From: an uncultured Armatimonadetes bacterium
GTDB taxonomy: Bacteria > Armatimonadota > Hebobacteria > Hebobacterales > Hebobacteraceae
Assembly: GCA_963716175.1 (NCBI GenBank)
Contig: OY970296.1
Span: 2,688,001 to 2,752,000, forward strand
Length of the DNA stretch: 64,000 bases
Direction: 5' to 3'
The position numbers and the translations under genes were made by a program. The notes beneath the pieces were generated by a model. It did no database searches. It saw only the letters and a program-made list of their open reading frames with translations, and was not told where the DNA came from. Positions 38,129-46,853 of this stretch are shown piece by piece. The number at the start of each line of letters is the position of its first letter. Position 1 is the first letter of the stretch.

Positions 38129-38626
38129 TCAGTCGAATACCGGCTGCGCCCTCAGTCCAACCGCCAGTGAGAGCAGCGACAGCGGGAAGCGACCGCAAGC
38201 GAACGTCGCGTCCGCCGCCGACAGGTTGTAGTCGGCGACATCGCCCTCGAGCTGCTCCAGCACACGGTCCAGCTCCGATGCCCGCTCTCTCACCAGGGCC
38301 AGACCCACCTCCGCACCGCGGGATTCAGCTTCATCCTCCCGCAGCAGCAGGCCGATCTCCGTTGAGATCTGGACCTTTTCCTTCAGGCTCTCATCGCCGG
38401 CAAGCACCTCCAGCGCTCGCCCCACACTGGTCGCCGCCTCTCGCCACTCCCGCCGGCCCAGGCCCTCCAGGCTCTGCCGCCAGGCCTCGGCGCGGTCCTC
38501 CAGCAAGCTGAGATCCCACGCCACCGCATGCTCCCTGGCCTTCAGCACTCGGCGCAGCCCGTCCAGGTACGCTATCGCGAGGACGATCCACACCAGGAAA
38601 CCGGCAAGCAGCCAGGTGCCGGTCAT
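38129..38626 (-). CDS. Divergent LemA-like protein
   Basis: N-terminal TM, helical body, C-terminal DYN.SA......FPLSLL..AVG....F; GAGAGGGG RBS. Confidence 0.6.
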   Translation of the reverse strand: MTGTWLLAGFLVWIVLAIAYLDGLRRVLKAREHAVAWDLSLLEDRAEAWRQSLEGLGRREWREAATSVGRALEVLAGDESLKEKVQISTEIGLLLREDEAESRGAEVGLALVRERASELDRVLEQLEGDVADYNLSAADATFACGRFPLSLLSLAVGLRAQPVFD

Positions 38627-38894
38627 CTTCCCCTCTCTCCTCTCACTAGGCCCGCCTCCGGCTCTCGTGAGCCGGCGCGGGATTCGGGAGACTTGGGCCC
38701 ATGCTCTCGGCCTGTCACGTCCCGCGCACCGATCCGCGCAAGCATCACCGCCGGCGCCTGAGACCGGCAAGCAGCCGCCTCGTTTCTGATGCCAGAATAT
38801 AGCAGCAGCGATAGCACGTGTCAAGACGCTGGGCTTGCCGACCATGTCCAGGACCGGTCAGACGGCGCGGAGGCCAAAGATCCCGGCCCTGCGC

Positions 38895-40898
38895 CTATCG
38901 CCGTGGTGCCAGGCTGTCTCCGGTGAGGCGCCACAGCAAGGCCCCATTGGGGCCCAGGTGGATCGGCACCCGCAGGTCGCCTGAGGCCCGCTCGACTGGA
39001 AGGGCCCTGCCTTCGTCGTCGAGCACCCCGGCGTAGTCCCCGCGGATGGTGGCAGTCCCGTCTGCGGAGACATTGTCGTAGTTGATCAGTAGGGCCCAGT
39101 CAATTCGGCCCGCGGCGGCGCGAAACAGGGCGGTCTCGACCCAGGGAAGGTCCGCGTCTACTGGCGGTGCGCAGCCCGACATGTCGCGGAGCCCGCGGAA
39201 CAGGGAAAGCGCGGCGCGACAGGTGGCCTCCCGCGGGTCGCTGAGGTCCAGCAGCCGAGGGAAAGGAATGGTGGCGAGGAAGGCCTTGCCCTGGCCGAAG
39301 GCATTCGCCGTGAAGAAGGGATAGCCGTCATCGAAGGAGGCGATCGCCTCGGCCTTCCCCGGGCTCGCCCAGAGGCGATCCGCGCTGCGGCCGAAGGAGA
39401 GCACCTCACCTTCGGGGCTTCCGCCCCAGGGGCGGTCCAGAGCGGCTGCGGCTACGCCAGGGCGGTAGCCCTCGACGGTGACGCCGAAGAGACTGGCGAA
39501 CATCGGGCTGAGGATGGTCAGATCGTCCATCACAGCCAGCAGGTAGCCGCCCGCGGAGACGAAATCGCGCAGCTTGGCCCAGGTGGACAGGCGCAGCGAG
39601 ACTCCCGGCACGATGAGCAGCCGTAGGCACGCAGCTGTAGGGCGGGCATGCCCATGCCCGCGGCCGATCACGCCGGTTAGGCGGTCCTCTCGCACCAGGT
39701 CGAGGTTCAGGTTGGCGCCTTTGGCCAGGGTGAAGTGGCGCCAGAGCTTGTCGTGAAGGCGGCCGGCTCTCTCGTAGTAGCCATGGGGGTAGATCAGGGC
39801 GGCGCGGGGAGGTTCCAGCGCGAGTTCGTCCAGAGGCAGACGGCGGACATCGGCGGCGAAGCGCACGAACTCGCGCCCGCGCGGCTTGAGAGAACGATCC
39901 ACGTTGCAGATGCCGAAGTTGGGCTCCAGCGGGGAGGCGTCCAGCGGCCAGCGATAGTGCTGTTCTTCTTCGTAATCGGTGTAGTTCCAGGGCAGCACGC
40001 CCAGGTTGCCGTTGGCCAGGCTGGTGTAGAGCCAGGCGCGAAAGCGGTCCGCGAGCACCCGCTCGGAGGCGACGGAGGAGGAGATGCCGGGCCCCTCGTG
40101 AAGGAACGCCGGTCTGCCCGCGGCAAAGAACCGAGTCTGGAAAGCACCATAGGCGACTAGCTCGACCTCGCCCCGCGTCAGCGGCCAGGGGTAGATGCAG
40201 TAGGACATCATATCCAGATGCTCCGCCACCTCCTCCAGGGCGAACCCGCTGTCGGATCGCACCGGGTGCGGGTCGAATCCGAGTGTGATCAGGTGGTTGG
40301 GGTCCACCTCCCTGATGGCGGCCGCGAGCCGGGCCACCCATTGGGTGGCGATGTCACGGCGAGCAGGGGGCCTGCCGGCCGCGGTGCGCGGCGGAGACGG
40401 CGGTATCTCCTCCAGGTAGTAGGGCTCATCGCTCAGATCCCAACACAGGATGGCGTCGTCATCCGCGAAGCTGCGGGCGAAGGCGGCGACGTGCCGCGCC
40501 TCCATCTCCAGCATCTCTCCCTGGTACATCCCCGGCGCTTTCCAGTAGGGAGCATCGTACATGCCGGTCCAGGTTCCGATCAGAAACACCGGCATCACCA
40601 ACAGCTCTCGCGCCCGGCATTCCTCGACAAAGGAGCGGAAGACGCGCAGGTAATCCTCGCTGTACTTCCCTGCTTCCGGCTCGAAGCCGGCCCAGAAAAC
40701 AGGGACGCGGATGCTGTTGAGCCCCAACTCCCTCATGTGGTCGAGGTCCGCGCGGATATGCTCCACTCGGTAGTCGGCGAAGTAGTTGCCGCAGAGATAG
40801 CTGGGCAGGTAGTTGATGCCAATCGGGAAGAACCGCCGGCCGCCGCGGACGAGGTAGTGGCCATCGCAGGTGACGAAAGGCATGGGAGAAGCCTCCAT
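38895..40898 (-). CDS. Clan GH-A glycoside hydrolase (GH5/GH42-like) with C-terminal trimerisation-type domain
   Basis: GINYLP, LNSIRVP.FW..FEP, WDLSDEP (acid/base), FLHEGP (nucleophile), WNYTD..E.NFG. Confidence 0.75.
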   Translation of the reverse strand: MEASPMPFVTCDGHYLVRGGRRFFPIGINYLPSYLCGNYFADYRVEHIRADLDHMRELGLNSIRVPVFWAGFEPEAGKYSEDYLRVFRSFVEECRARELLVMPVFLIGTWTGMYDAPYWKAPGMYQGEMLEMEARHVAAFARSFADDDAILCWDLSDEPYYLEEIPPSPPRTAAGRPPARRDIATQWVARLAAAIREVDPNHLITLGFDPHPVRSDSGFALEEVAEHLDMMSYCIYPWPLTRGEVELVAYGAFQTRFFAAGRPAFLHEGPGISSSVASERVLADRFRAWLYTSLANGNLGVLPWNYTDYEEEQHYRWPLDASPLEPNFGICNVDRSLKPRGREFVRFAADVRRLPLDELALEPPRAALIYPHGYYERAGRLHDKLWRHFTLAKGANLNLDLVREDRLTGVIGRGHGHARPTAACLRLLIVPGVSLRLSTWAKLRDFVSAGGYLLAVMDDLTILSPMFASLFGVTVEGYRPGVAAAALDRPWGGSPEGEVLSFGRSADRLWASPGKAEAIASFDDGYPFFTANAFGQGKAFLATIPFPRLLDLSDPREATCRAALSLFRGLRDMSGCAPPVDADLPWVETALFRAAAGRIDWALLINYDNVSADGTATIRGDYAGVLDDEGRALPVERASGDLRVPIHLGPNGALLWRLTGDSLAPRR
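39635..39661 (+). repeat. GTAG-type REP-like element, in frame inside the glycoside hydrolase gene
   Basis: CTGTAGGGCGGGCATG-CC-CATGCCCGC; same 16-mer at 45129 and 56715. Confidence 0.8.
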
Positions 40899-40986
40899 GG
40901 ACTACGAACTCTCGTGCTTCGCAGTCAAGCCGCGAAGCTTCGTCGCTGCTGGGCAGAGTGGTATCGAGACGCGCTCTCGGGGACGC

Positions 40987-41988
40987 TCAGACCAGCTTCA
41001 CTTCTCGCCCCGAGGCGGCGCTCTCCTCCGCGGCCAGCACCACCGCCACCGCCGCCCTTCCCTCTGCCAGCGAGCAGGCCGGGCTAGCGTCTCCGCGCGC
41101 TACGGCCAGGAAGTGGCGCAGCTCTTCCACGTACACCCCTTGCGCCGCGCCGCGGACGACCGGCAAGTAGAGGATGTCGGGGAACCGGAGGCCGGCGGAG
41201 CCATCAATCCTCAATCCCTGATCCTGGACGGAGATATAGAGCGCGGCTTTGCTGCCTACCGCCTCTAGCTGGAAGTCGAGAGGGCCCGAGCCTCCCGCCG
41301 GCAAGATCCAGGCCGCTTCGATGCAGGCCAGCGCGCCGCTGGGGAAGCGCAGCAGCAGGACGTAGGCATCAGGGGTGCGCAGGTCGGACAGCACCCGGCC
41401 GGCGGTGCGGGCGATCACCGAGGTGGCCCTCTCGCCTAATGCCCACTGGACCCAGTCAATGTCGTGCACGGCCAGGAAGCGAGCCACGTTGGTGTCCGGG
41501 GCAACTCGCCGCGCTACGCTGATGCTGTTATTGCGCCGCGCGTAGATGTAGCTGATCTGTCCCATCTCGCCTCTGGCAATGGCCTCCTGTGCCAGGGCAT
41601 AGCGGGGCTCCCAGCGGAGAGTGTGGCCGACCAGCACCCGGATGCCGTGCTCCTGGGCAGCCGCGGCGATGGCGTCGCAGTCGGCGAGCGTGGTGGCGAG
41701 CGGCTTCTCGATCAGTACGTGTGCGCCTGCTCTGGCTGCGGCCAGGCAGGGATCGCGGTGGGCGTGGTCGCTGGTGGCCACTATCACGGCCGCGAGGTGC
41801 TCTCGCGCCAACATCTCGTGGTAGTCGGCGTAGGCAGCAGCTCCGCCCTGGGCGGCCAGTGAGCCCGCCCGATCCTCTCGCGCGTCGGCGACCGCGGTCA
41901 GCTTCGCCTCCGGCAGCGCGGAGAGGGCTAGGGCGTGCTGCCTGCCCATGACGCCGGCGCCGATCAGCCCCACGCGAAGAGGGGTCAT
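40987..41988 (-). CDS. Gfo/Idh/MocA family oxidoreductase
   Basis: GLIGAGVMG, IEKPLA, GHTLRW, HDID. Confidence 0.92.
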   Translation of the reverse strand: MTPLRVGLIGAGVMGRQHALALSALPEAKLTAVADAREDRAGSLAAQGGAAAYADYHEMLAREHLAAVIVATSDHAHRDPCLAAARAGAHVLIEKPLATTLADCDAIAAAAQEHGIRVLVGHTLRWEPRYALAQEAIARGEMGQISYIYARRNNSISVARRVAPDTNVARFLAVHDIDWVQWALGERATSVIARTAGRVLSDLRTPDAYVLLLRFPSGALACIEAAWILPAGGSGPLDFQLEAVGSKAALYISVQDQGLRIDGSAGLRFPDILYLPVVRGAAQGVYVEELRHFLAVARGDASPACSLAEGRAAVAVVLAAEESAASGREVKLV

Positions 41989-42070
41989 GCTGCTTTCCTT
42001 TCTTCGCTCAACTGGGTGGGCGGTGGCCGCGGCCAGCGCGGCACCCGGCTCCGCAAGGCGCCGTCAGAAT

Positions 42071-42089
42071 CCCGCCAGAGGCGGGCAAG
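42071..42089. repeat. 19-bp palindromic repeat (family C)
   Basis: CCCGCCAGAGGCGGGCAAG, identical at 42633 and 62731. Confidence 0.8.
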
Positions 42090-42143
42090 CCCGCCGGGAG
42101 CCGGGGCTCAAGCGAGAACTGGCCGCCGCGGGAGCGAGGGTGG

Positions 42144-42620
42144 TTACTGCGCTTGCGCAGCCTGGGGTCTGCCCACCAGCCCGAGCACGGCTTCGATGAC
42201 TATGCCTGCGGGCACCAGCACGATCGGGAATATGGGATTGGTGGCGCCGATGGCCGCTCCTACGCCGGCCAGCCCGAGAGCGATCCCCCGCAGTTCGCGA
42301 AACCGATAGATGATCTGGAAGACCGCCAGGCCGCCCATGATGCCTCCGATGAACCGGAGGCCAGTGGCGCAGAACTCAAGGAACATCAGCAGGATGTAGT
42401 TCAGTGACGGATCCCTGAGCCCGATGGGGCCGCCGGCCTGGTCCCTTAAGATGCCTGCGCCCGTCGCCAGGCAGGGCAGGATGATGGAAGCAATGGCGAA
42501 GCGACTGAGCCGCCGCCCGTCAGCATAGCGAACTCGCTGGGCGGGCCCGGCCGCCTCTACCACGACGCTGGAGCTTGCTGCCTCCTCAGGCTTCTGCTCG
42601 TCAGGCCCTGGACCGCTCAT
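42144..42620 (-). CDS. Small membrane protein (DUF4190-like)
   Basis: GGAGGAG RBS; S.FAIASIIL; G.LA..QI.....LRG..L.LAG pattern. Confidence 0.6.
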   Translation of the reverse strand: MSGPGPDEQKPEEAASSSVVVEAAGPAQRVRYADGRRLSRFAIASIILPCLATGAGILRDQAGGPIGLRDPSLNYILLMFLEFCATGLRFIGGIMGGLAVFQIIYRFRELRGIALGLAGVGAAIGATNPIFPIVLVPAGIVIEAVLGLVGRPQAAQAQ

Positions 42621-42632
42621 AAGCTCCTCCTC

Positions 42633-42651
42633 CCCGCCAGAGGCGGGCAAG
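42633..42651. repeat. 19-bp palindromic repeat (family C)
   Basis: CCCGCCAGAGGCGGGCAAG next to the RBS of the gene starting at 42620. Confidence 0.8.
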
Positions 42652-42823
42652 TCCTTCGAGTAGCCGCCCGGTGTGGCCAGGGGCTTCGCCCGTAGAGTCC
42701 CAGAACTGCCCTGTTTTGTCAAGGACGGGAGGCCGCTGGGGAGCAATGCCAGGTATCTGGCCTCGCGCTGGCAGGAGCTTCCGCTCCTGGCCAACAATCA
42801 TCTTGAACTCACGGAGGTGCTCG

Positions 42824-43513
42824 ATGACGAGAAAACCCATGCTCCTCGTTCTTCTCACCGCCGCCTGTCTGGCCATACCGGCGGGCTTGGGCTGCGGGCA
42901 GAACGCGCGGTTGCCGAAGGCATCACCGGGCGGCGAAGTGTCTCTGCCGGCACCTAACTTCAAAGGACAAGTGTCCGTCGAGGAAGCGCTGGCCCGCCGG
43001 CGCTCGGTGCGGCAATTCGCGGCCAAAGACCTGACCCTGGAGCAAGTCAGCCAGCTCGCCTGGGCGGCGCAGGGCATCACCGATCAGAGGCGAGGATTGC
43101 GAACTGCGCCGTCGGCCGGCGCGCTCTACCCGCTGGAGGTGTACCTGGTGAAGCCGGATGGTATGTTCCGCTACCTTCCCCAGAGCCACCGGCTGCTCGG
43201 GCTCTCGGCCGACGACTTGCGGTCCCGGCTTTCGCAGGCCGCGCATGGGCAGCCATCTGTCCGGGAGGCGCCGCTGGACTTCGTGATCGCGGCCGTGTAT
43301 GAGCGCACCAGGGTCAAGTATGGAGCCAGGGCGGACCGGTACGTGCCCATCGAGGCCGGCCACGTGGGACAGAATATCCACCTGCAGGCCGTGGCGCTGG
43401 GGCTGGGGTCGGTATCGGTCGGCGCCTTCGATGACAAGGAGGTGGCAAGCGCGCTGGGCCTGCCCGGCGACCAGGAACCCCTCTATATCATACCTGTGGG
43501 CTATCCGCGGTGA
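42824..43513 (+). CDS. SagB/ThcOx-type nitroreductase-family flavoprotein, probable lipoprotein
   Basis: RRSVRQF, RTAPSAGALYPLEVY, EAGHVGQN, VGAFDD; signal ending AGLGC; GGAGGT RBS. Confidence 0.9.
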   Translation: MTRKPMLLVLLTAACLAIPAGLGCGQNARLPKASPGGEVSLPAPNFKGQVSVEEALARRRSVRQFAAKDLTLEQVSQLAWAAQGITDQRRGLRTAPSAGALYPLEVYLVKPDGMFRYLPQSHRLLGLSADDLRSRLSQAAHGQPSVREAPLDFVIAAVYERTRVKYGARADRYVPIEAGHVGQNIHLQAVALGLGSVSVGAFDDKEVASALGLPGDQEPLYIIPVGYPR

Positions 43514-43528
43514 GGCGAGATGTGAGTA

Positions 43529-44320
43529 TCACCGCAGGCCGGCGATGACACCCACTCCGGCCATCCGCAGCCAGATGCAGCCTGCGGCCAAAGCCACGCA
43601 TAGCGTAAGCGCGAGCCAATCCCGGGCGCGCATCCGGAGCTGAAGCAGACTGGAGCGCCGGGGGCTGGCGCGGAATCCGCGGGACTCCAGGCCCATCGCC
43701 ATCAGATCAATGTTTCTGATGGACGAGACCATCACTGGCACCAGCAGGGGGAAGTGGCGAACGAGGCGAGAGAGAACGGACCCGGACTCCAGATCCAGGC
43801 CGCGAGAGCGCTGCGCCTCCACTACCGTGGCGGCGCTCACCAGCAGAGTGGGCACCAGGCGGAAGGCGGTCGAGAAGGCGAAGGTGATGACGAAGGGCAC
43901 GCCCAGCCGGTGCAGCGCGAGCGAGAACTCCTCCACTCTGGTGACTGAGAGAAACACCAGGCCGGCCGCCACCATGGTGGCCAGGCGAAGGCCGGTGCCC
44001 AGCCCGTAGAGGGCGGACTCGCGGGTCACCAGCAGCGGCCATCCCGGGGCGAGAGGCGTCTTGCCCCGGGCGAAGAGCGACCAGAGCAGGCCCGCGAAGA
44101 AGAGAAGCAGAGCCAGCACCAGCCGCATCCGCCACAAGTTGGCGAAGGCCCGCGCCGCAGCCGCCAGCAGCAGGATGCAAGCGGCGAGCGCGGCCACATA
44201 GGCGGGATGGGTGAAGGCAAGGCAGGCGGCGAAGAGGGCGGCCACGCCGGCGAGCTTCACCCGCGGGTCGAGCCGGTGGAGGGGACTTGCTCGGTCAAGG
44301 TAGAGATCGCCGGCAGACAT
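43529..44320 (-). CDS. ecfT: ECF transporter transmembrane component T
   Basis: SPLHRLDPRVK, FRLVP, EAQRSRG, LESRGF. Confidence 0.92.
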   Translation of the reverse strand: MSAGDLYLDRASPLHRLDPRVKLAGVAALFAACLAFTHPAYVAALAACILLLAAAARAFANLWRMRLVLALLLFFAGLLWSLFARGKTPLAPGWPLLVTRESALYGLGTGLRLATMVAAGLVFLSVTRVEEFSLALHRLGVPFVITFAFSTAFRLVPTLLVSAATVVEAQRSRGLDLESGSVLSRLVRHFPLLVPVMVSSIRNIDLMAMGLESRGFRASPRRSSLLQLRMRARDWLALTLCVALAAGCIWLRMAGVGVIAGLR

Positions 44321-44321
44321 C

Positions 44322-46037
44322 TCAGGCTCGCCTCATCACCTGGATAGCCTCCGCGACTGATCGCAGGGGCCTTCCCAGCACGGCGCCCAGCCGGGCGATG
44401 GGGGGCGCCACCAGTGAGGCCTGAGCGAGGAGCGCCGATTCGCCGAGGACCGCGCGCACGGGCTCATCGGCCAGCATGCGCCCCTGGTGCATCAGCACTG
44501 CGCGGGCCGCATACTCGGCGACGACCCACATGGTGTGGGTAATGATGATGATGGTGTGCCCTGCGAGATGGAGCCGGGCGATGAGGCCCATCATGTCTCG
44601 GCTCTCCCGGTAGTCCAGGCCGGTGGTGGGCTCGTCGAAGACCATGATCTCGGGCCGCGCCGCCAGCATGGAGGCGACGGCCACGCGCTGGCGCTCGCCC
44701 TTGGTCAACGAGAACGGGTCCTCTTGCTCGCGGCCGCCGAGGTGGACCGCGGCCAGCGCCTCACTCGCCCGCGCGGCCACTTCACTTGGGGGCAGACCGA
44801 AGTTGCGTGGACCAAAGGCCACCTCATCGAGCACGGTATCGGCGAAGATCTGATGATCGGGGTTCTGAAAGACGTAACCGACCCGCCGCGCCAGCTCCAC
44901 CCGGCTCTGCGCCCGGGTGGGCTTGCCGGCGACGCGAACTTCGCCTTCGGTGGGCTCCAGCAGGCGGTTCAAATGCTTCGCCAGTGTGGTCTTACCGGAT
45001 CCGTTGGGGCCCACGAGCGCGACGAATTCCCCCTGGTGGATGGAAAGATCAACCCCGGAGAGCGCGCGCGTGCCGTCGGGGTACCGGTAGCCCAGGCCCT
45101 CGATCTCGATCACCGGAAAGCCTGTGCCCTGTAGGGCGGGCATGTCGCCGCATGCCCGCCGAACAGCCTGGTCAACGCGCAATCCGTGCTGCTGCAGGAG
45201 GCGCGCCGCCTCCTCCGGCTCGCGCGGCCGGTCGGGCAGACCGAGTTGAGCGAACAGCGCAGCAAGGTCAGGAGGGCGCACACCATGGGCATCCAGCCAG
45301 GCCGGATCGGAGAGCATCTCCTGGGCTGGCCGGTTGGCCTCCAGCCGGCCGGCGTGGAGCGCCAGGGCGCGCTGGGCCAGTCCCGCCTCCTGGGCGTCGC
45401 AGGTGGTGAACAGGATAGTGGACGGCTTTGCCCGCGCCTCCGCGCCCAGGCCGCGCAACACCGCGAGCACGTCGGCCTTCCCCACGGGATCGAGGTCGGT
45501 GGTGGCCTCGTCGAGCACCAGGATATCGGGTGCGCCTGCCAGCACGGCGGCGATAGCCAGGCGCTGTTTCTCACCTCCAGAGAGAGCGGCGGGATGCCTG
45601 CGCTCGTATCCACTGAGCCCGACCGCGCGCAGGGCTGCGCTGATGCGAGCGCGGATCTCGTCCGCTGGCACCCCGAAGTTCTCCGGCGCGAACGCCACCT
45701 CCATCTCCACACTGGTGGCGAAGAGCTGGGACTCGAAGTCCTGGAAGACCAGCCCCACCCGGCGCGCCAGCTCGGGTACACGAGCCTGGGCGGTGTCCTC
45801 TCCGAAGATGGCGACCGAACCGGAGAGCTCTCCTCTCTGGAAGTGAGGGATGAGGCCGTTGAGGGTGCGGCAGAGGGTGGACTTCCCGGCCCCTGAAGGC
45901 CCCAATGCCGCCACGGTCGCGCCCGCCGCGACCTGGAGGTCCAGCGATAGCAGCGCCGGGCTCGTCCGGTCCTGGTAAGTGAACCCGACCTCTGAGAGTC
46001 GAATGGCAGGGACGGAAGCGTTTGGGGGGACGCTCAC
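44322..46037 (-). CDS. ecfA: ECF transporter ATPase (fused double ABC domain)
   Basis: GPSGAGKST/LSGGEKQR and GPNGSGKTT/LTKGERQR; VFQ.P..QIF; GTGA overlap with the S-component stop. Confidence 0.92.
   Translation of the reverse strand: MSVPPNASVPAIRLSEVGFTYQDRTSPALLSLDLQVAAGATVAALGPSGAGKSTLCRTLNGLIPHFQRGELSGSVAIFGEDTAQARVPELARRVGLVFQDFESQLFATSVEMEVAFAPENFGVPADEIRARISAALRAVGLSGYERRHPAALSGGEKQRLAIAAVLAGAPDILVLDEATTDLDPVGKADVLAVLRGLGAEARAKPSTILFTTCDAQEAGLAQRALALHAGRLEANRPAQEMLSDPAWLDAHGVRPPDLAALFAQLGLPDRPREPEEAARLLQQHGLRVDQAVRRACGDMPALQGTGFPVIEIEGLGYRYPDGTRALSGVDLSIHQGEFVALVGPNGSGKTTLAKHLNRLLEPTEGEVRVAGKPTRAQSRVELARRVGYVFQNPDHQIFADTVLDEVAFGPRNFGLPPSEVAARASEALAAVHLGGREQEDPFSLTKGERQRVAVASMLAARPEIMVFDEPTTGLDYRESRDMMGLIARLHLAGHTIIIITHTMWVVAEYAARAVLMHQGRMLADEPVRAVLGESALLAQASLVAPPIARLGAVLGRPLRSVAEAIQVMRRA
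45129..45160 (+). repeat. GTAG-type REP-like element, in frame in the inter-domain linker of ecfA
   Basis: CTGTAG-GGCGGGCATG-TCGCCG-CATGCCCGCC; encodes RRACGDMPALQ. Confidence 0.8.
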
Positions 46038-46837
46038 AGCAGCGCGCAGGCCAGCAGCACGAGGACCACCGCGGGCAGGACGCCCAGGGCGATGCCGCTC
46101 TCGCCGGCCATGGGAGCGATCTGCGCGACCTGGCCGATGATAGGCACGTGATGCAGGCCGAAGGAGATGACGCACCCCGCGGTCACTCCCCCGGCCGCAG
46201 CGATCCACAGCACGGCCTGCGCGCCCAGGCCGAACCGGCCTGGAGAGAGATCCTCGGCCCCCATCACCTGGTGGTAGAGCAGCCCCCAGCGCCGGACCCG
46301 GGGGTAGAGAGCAGCGAGCAGGGGAGGGGCGAGCACGGCGGAGACCAGGAAGTTGTTGAGAGTGACGACAATGGCCATAGGGCCGAACGGGAACAGCCGC
46401 AGCACGCTCACTCCGTAGGCTACGATGAGCGCGCAGCACAGGCTGGAGAGGAGGCTGACCAGCAGCACCCCCAGCGGCCAGATGCGAGACGACAGATCGG
46501 GTTCTGCGGCCCGCCTCAAGCGAGAGAGGGATTGCCAGGCGCGGTAGGGGACATAGCCGTAGATGAAGTTGGCCACGAACCCGAACAGGCTGCCCGGCCC
46601 CAGGGTGCCGAAGAGATCGCCGATAAGGTTGCCGAAGGCCGCTCCCCAGGCCGCGGCGGGCCCGAACAGCAGAGAGCACACGATCGGGATGGCGTTGGCG
46701 GGCCGCACTTCGGTGAGCCCGGGGATGAGCGGAATGCCGACCTTGAAGGGGATGAGCACGGCCGCGTACAGCCCGGCGCAGAGCGCCACCAGAGCCACCA
46801 TGCGAGTGGAGCGCCAGACCGTGATCAGATCTTTCAC
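46034..46837 (-). CDS. ECF transporter S component (QueT-like)
   Basis: ALCAGLYAA, TEVRPAN, LFGPAAAWG..FGNL.GD; several TM helices; first gene of the S-A-T operon. Confidence 0.8.
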   Translation of the reverse strand: MKDLITVWRSTRMVALVALCAGLYAAVLIPFKVGIPLIPGLTEVRPANAIPIVCSLLFGPAAAWGAAFGNLIGDLFGTLGPGSLFGFVANFIYGYVPYRAWQSLSRLRRAAEPDLSSRIWPLGVLLVSLLSSLCCALIVAYGVSVLRLFPFGPMAIVVTLNNFLVSAVLAPPLLAALYPRVRRWGLLYHQVMGAEDLSPGRFGLGAQAVLWIAAAGGVTAGCVISFGLHHVPIIGQVAQIAPMAGESGIALGVLPAVVLVLLACALL

Positions 46838-46853
46838 CGTGGTCCCCTCAGAG

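Noticed and set aside
42824-43513. RiPP (azole) cluster suggested by the SagB-type enzyme
   Set aside because: No YcaO or precursor peptide nearby; stand-alone enzyme with a lipoprotein-like signal.
46037-46679. S-component/ATPase fusion (785-aa ORF)
   Set aside because: The extension is an alternate frame of the S-component gene; a GTGA overlap marks the real ATPase start.
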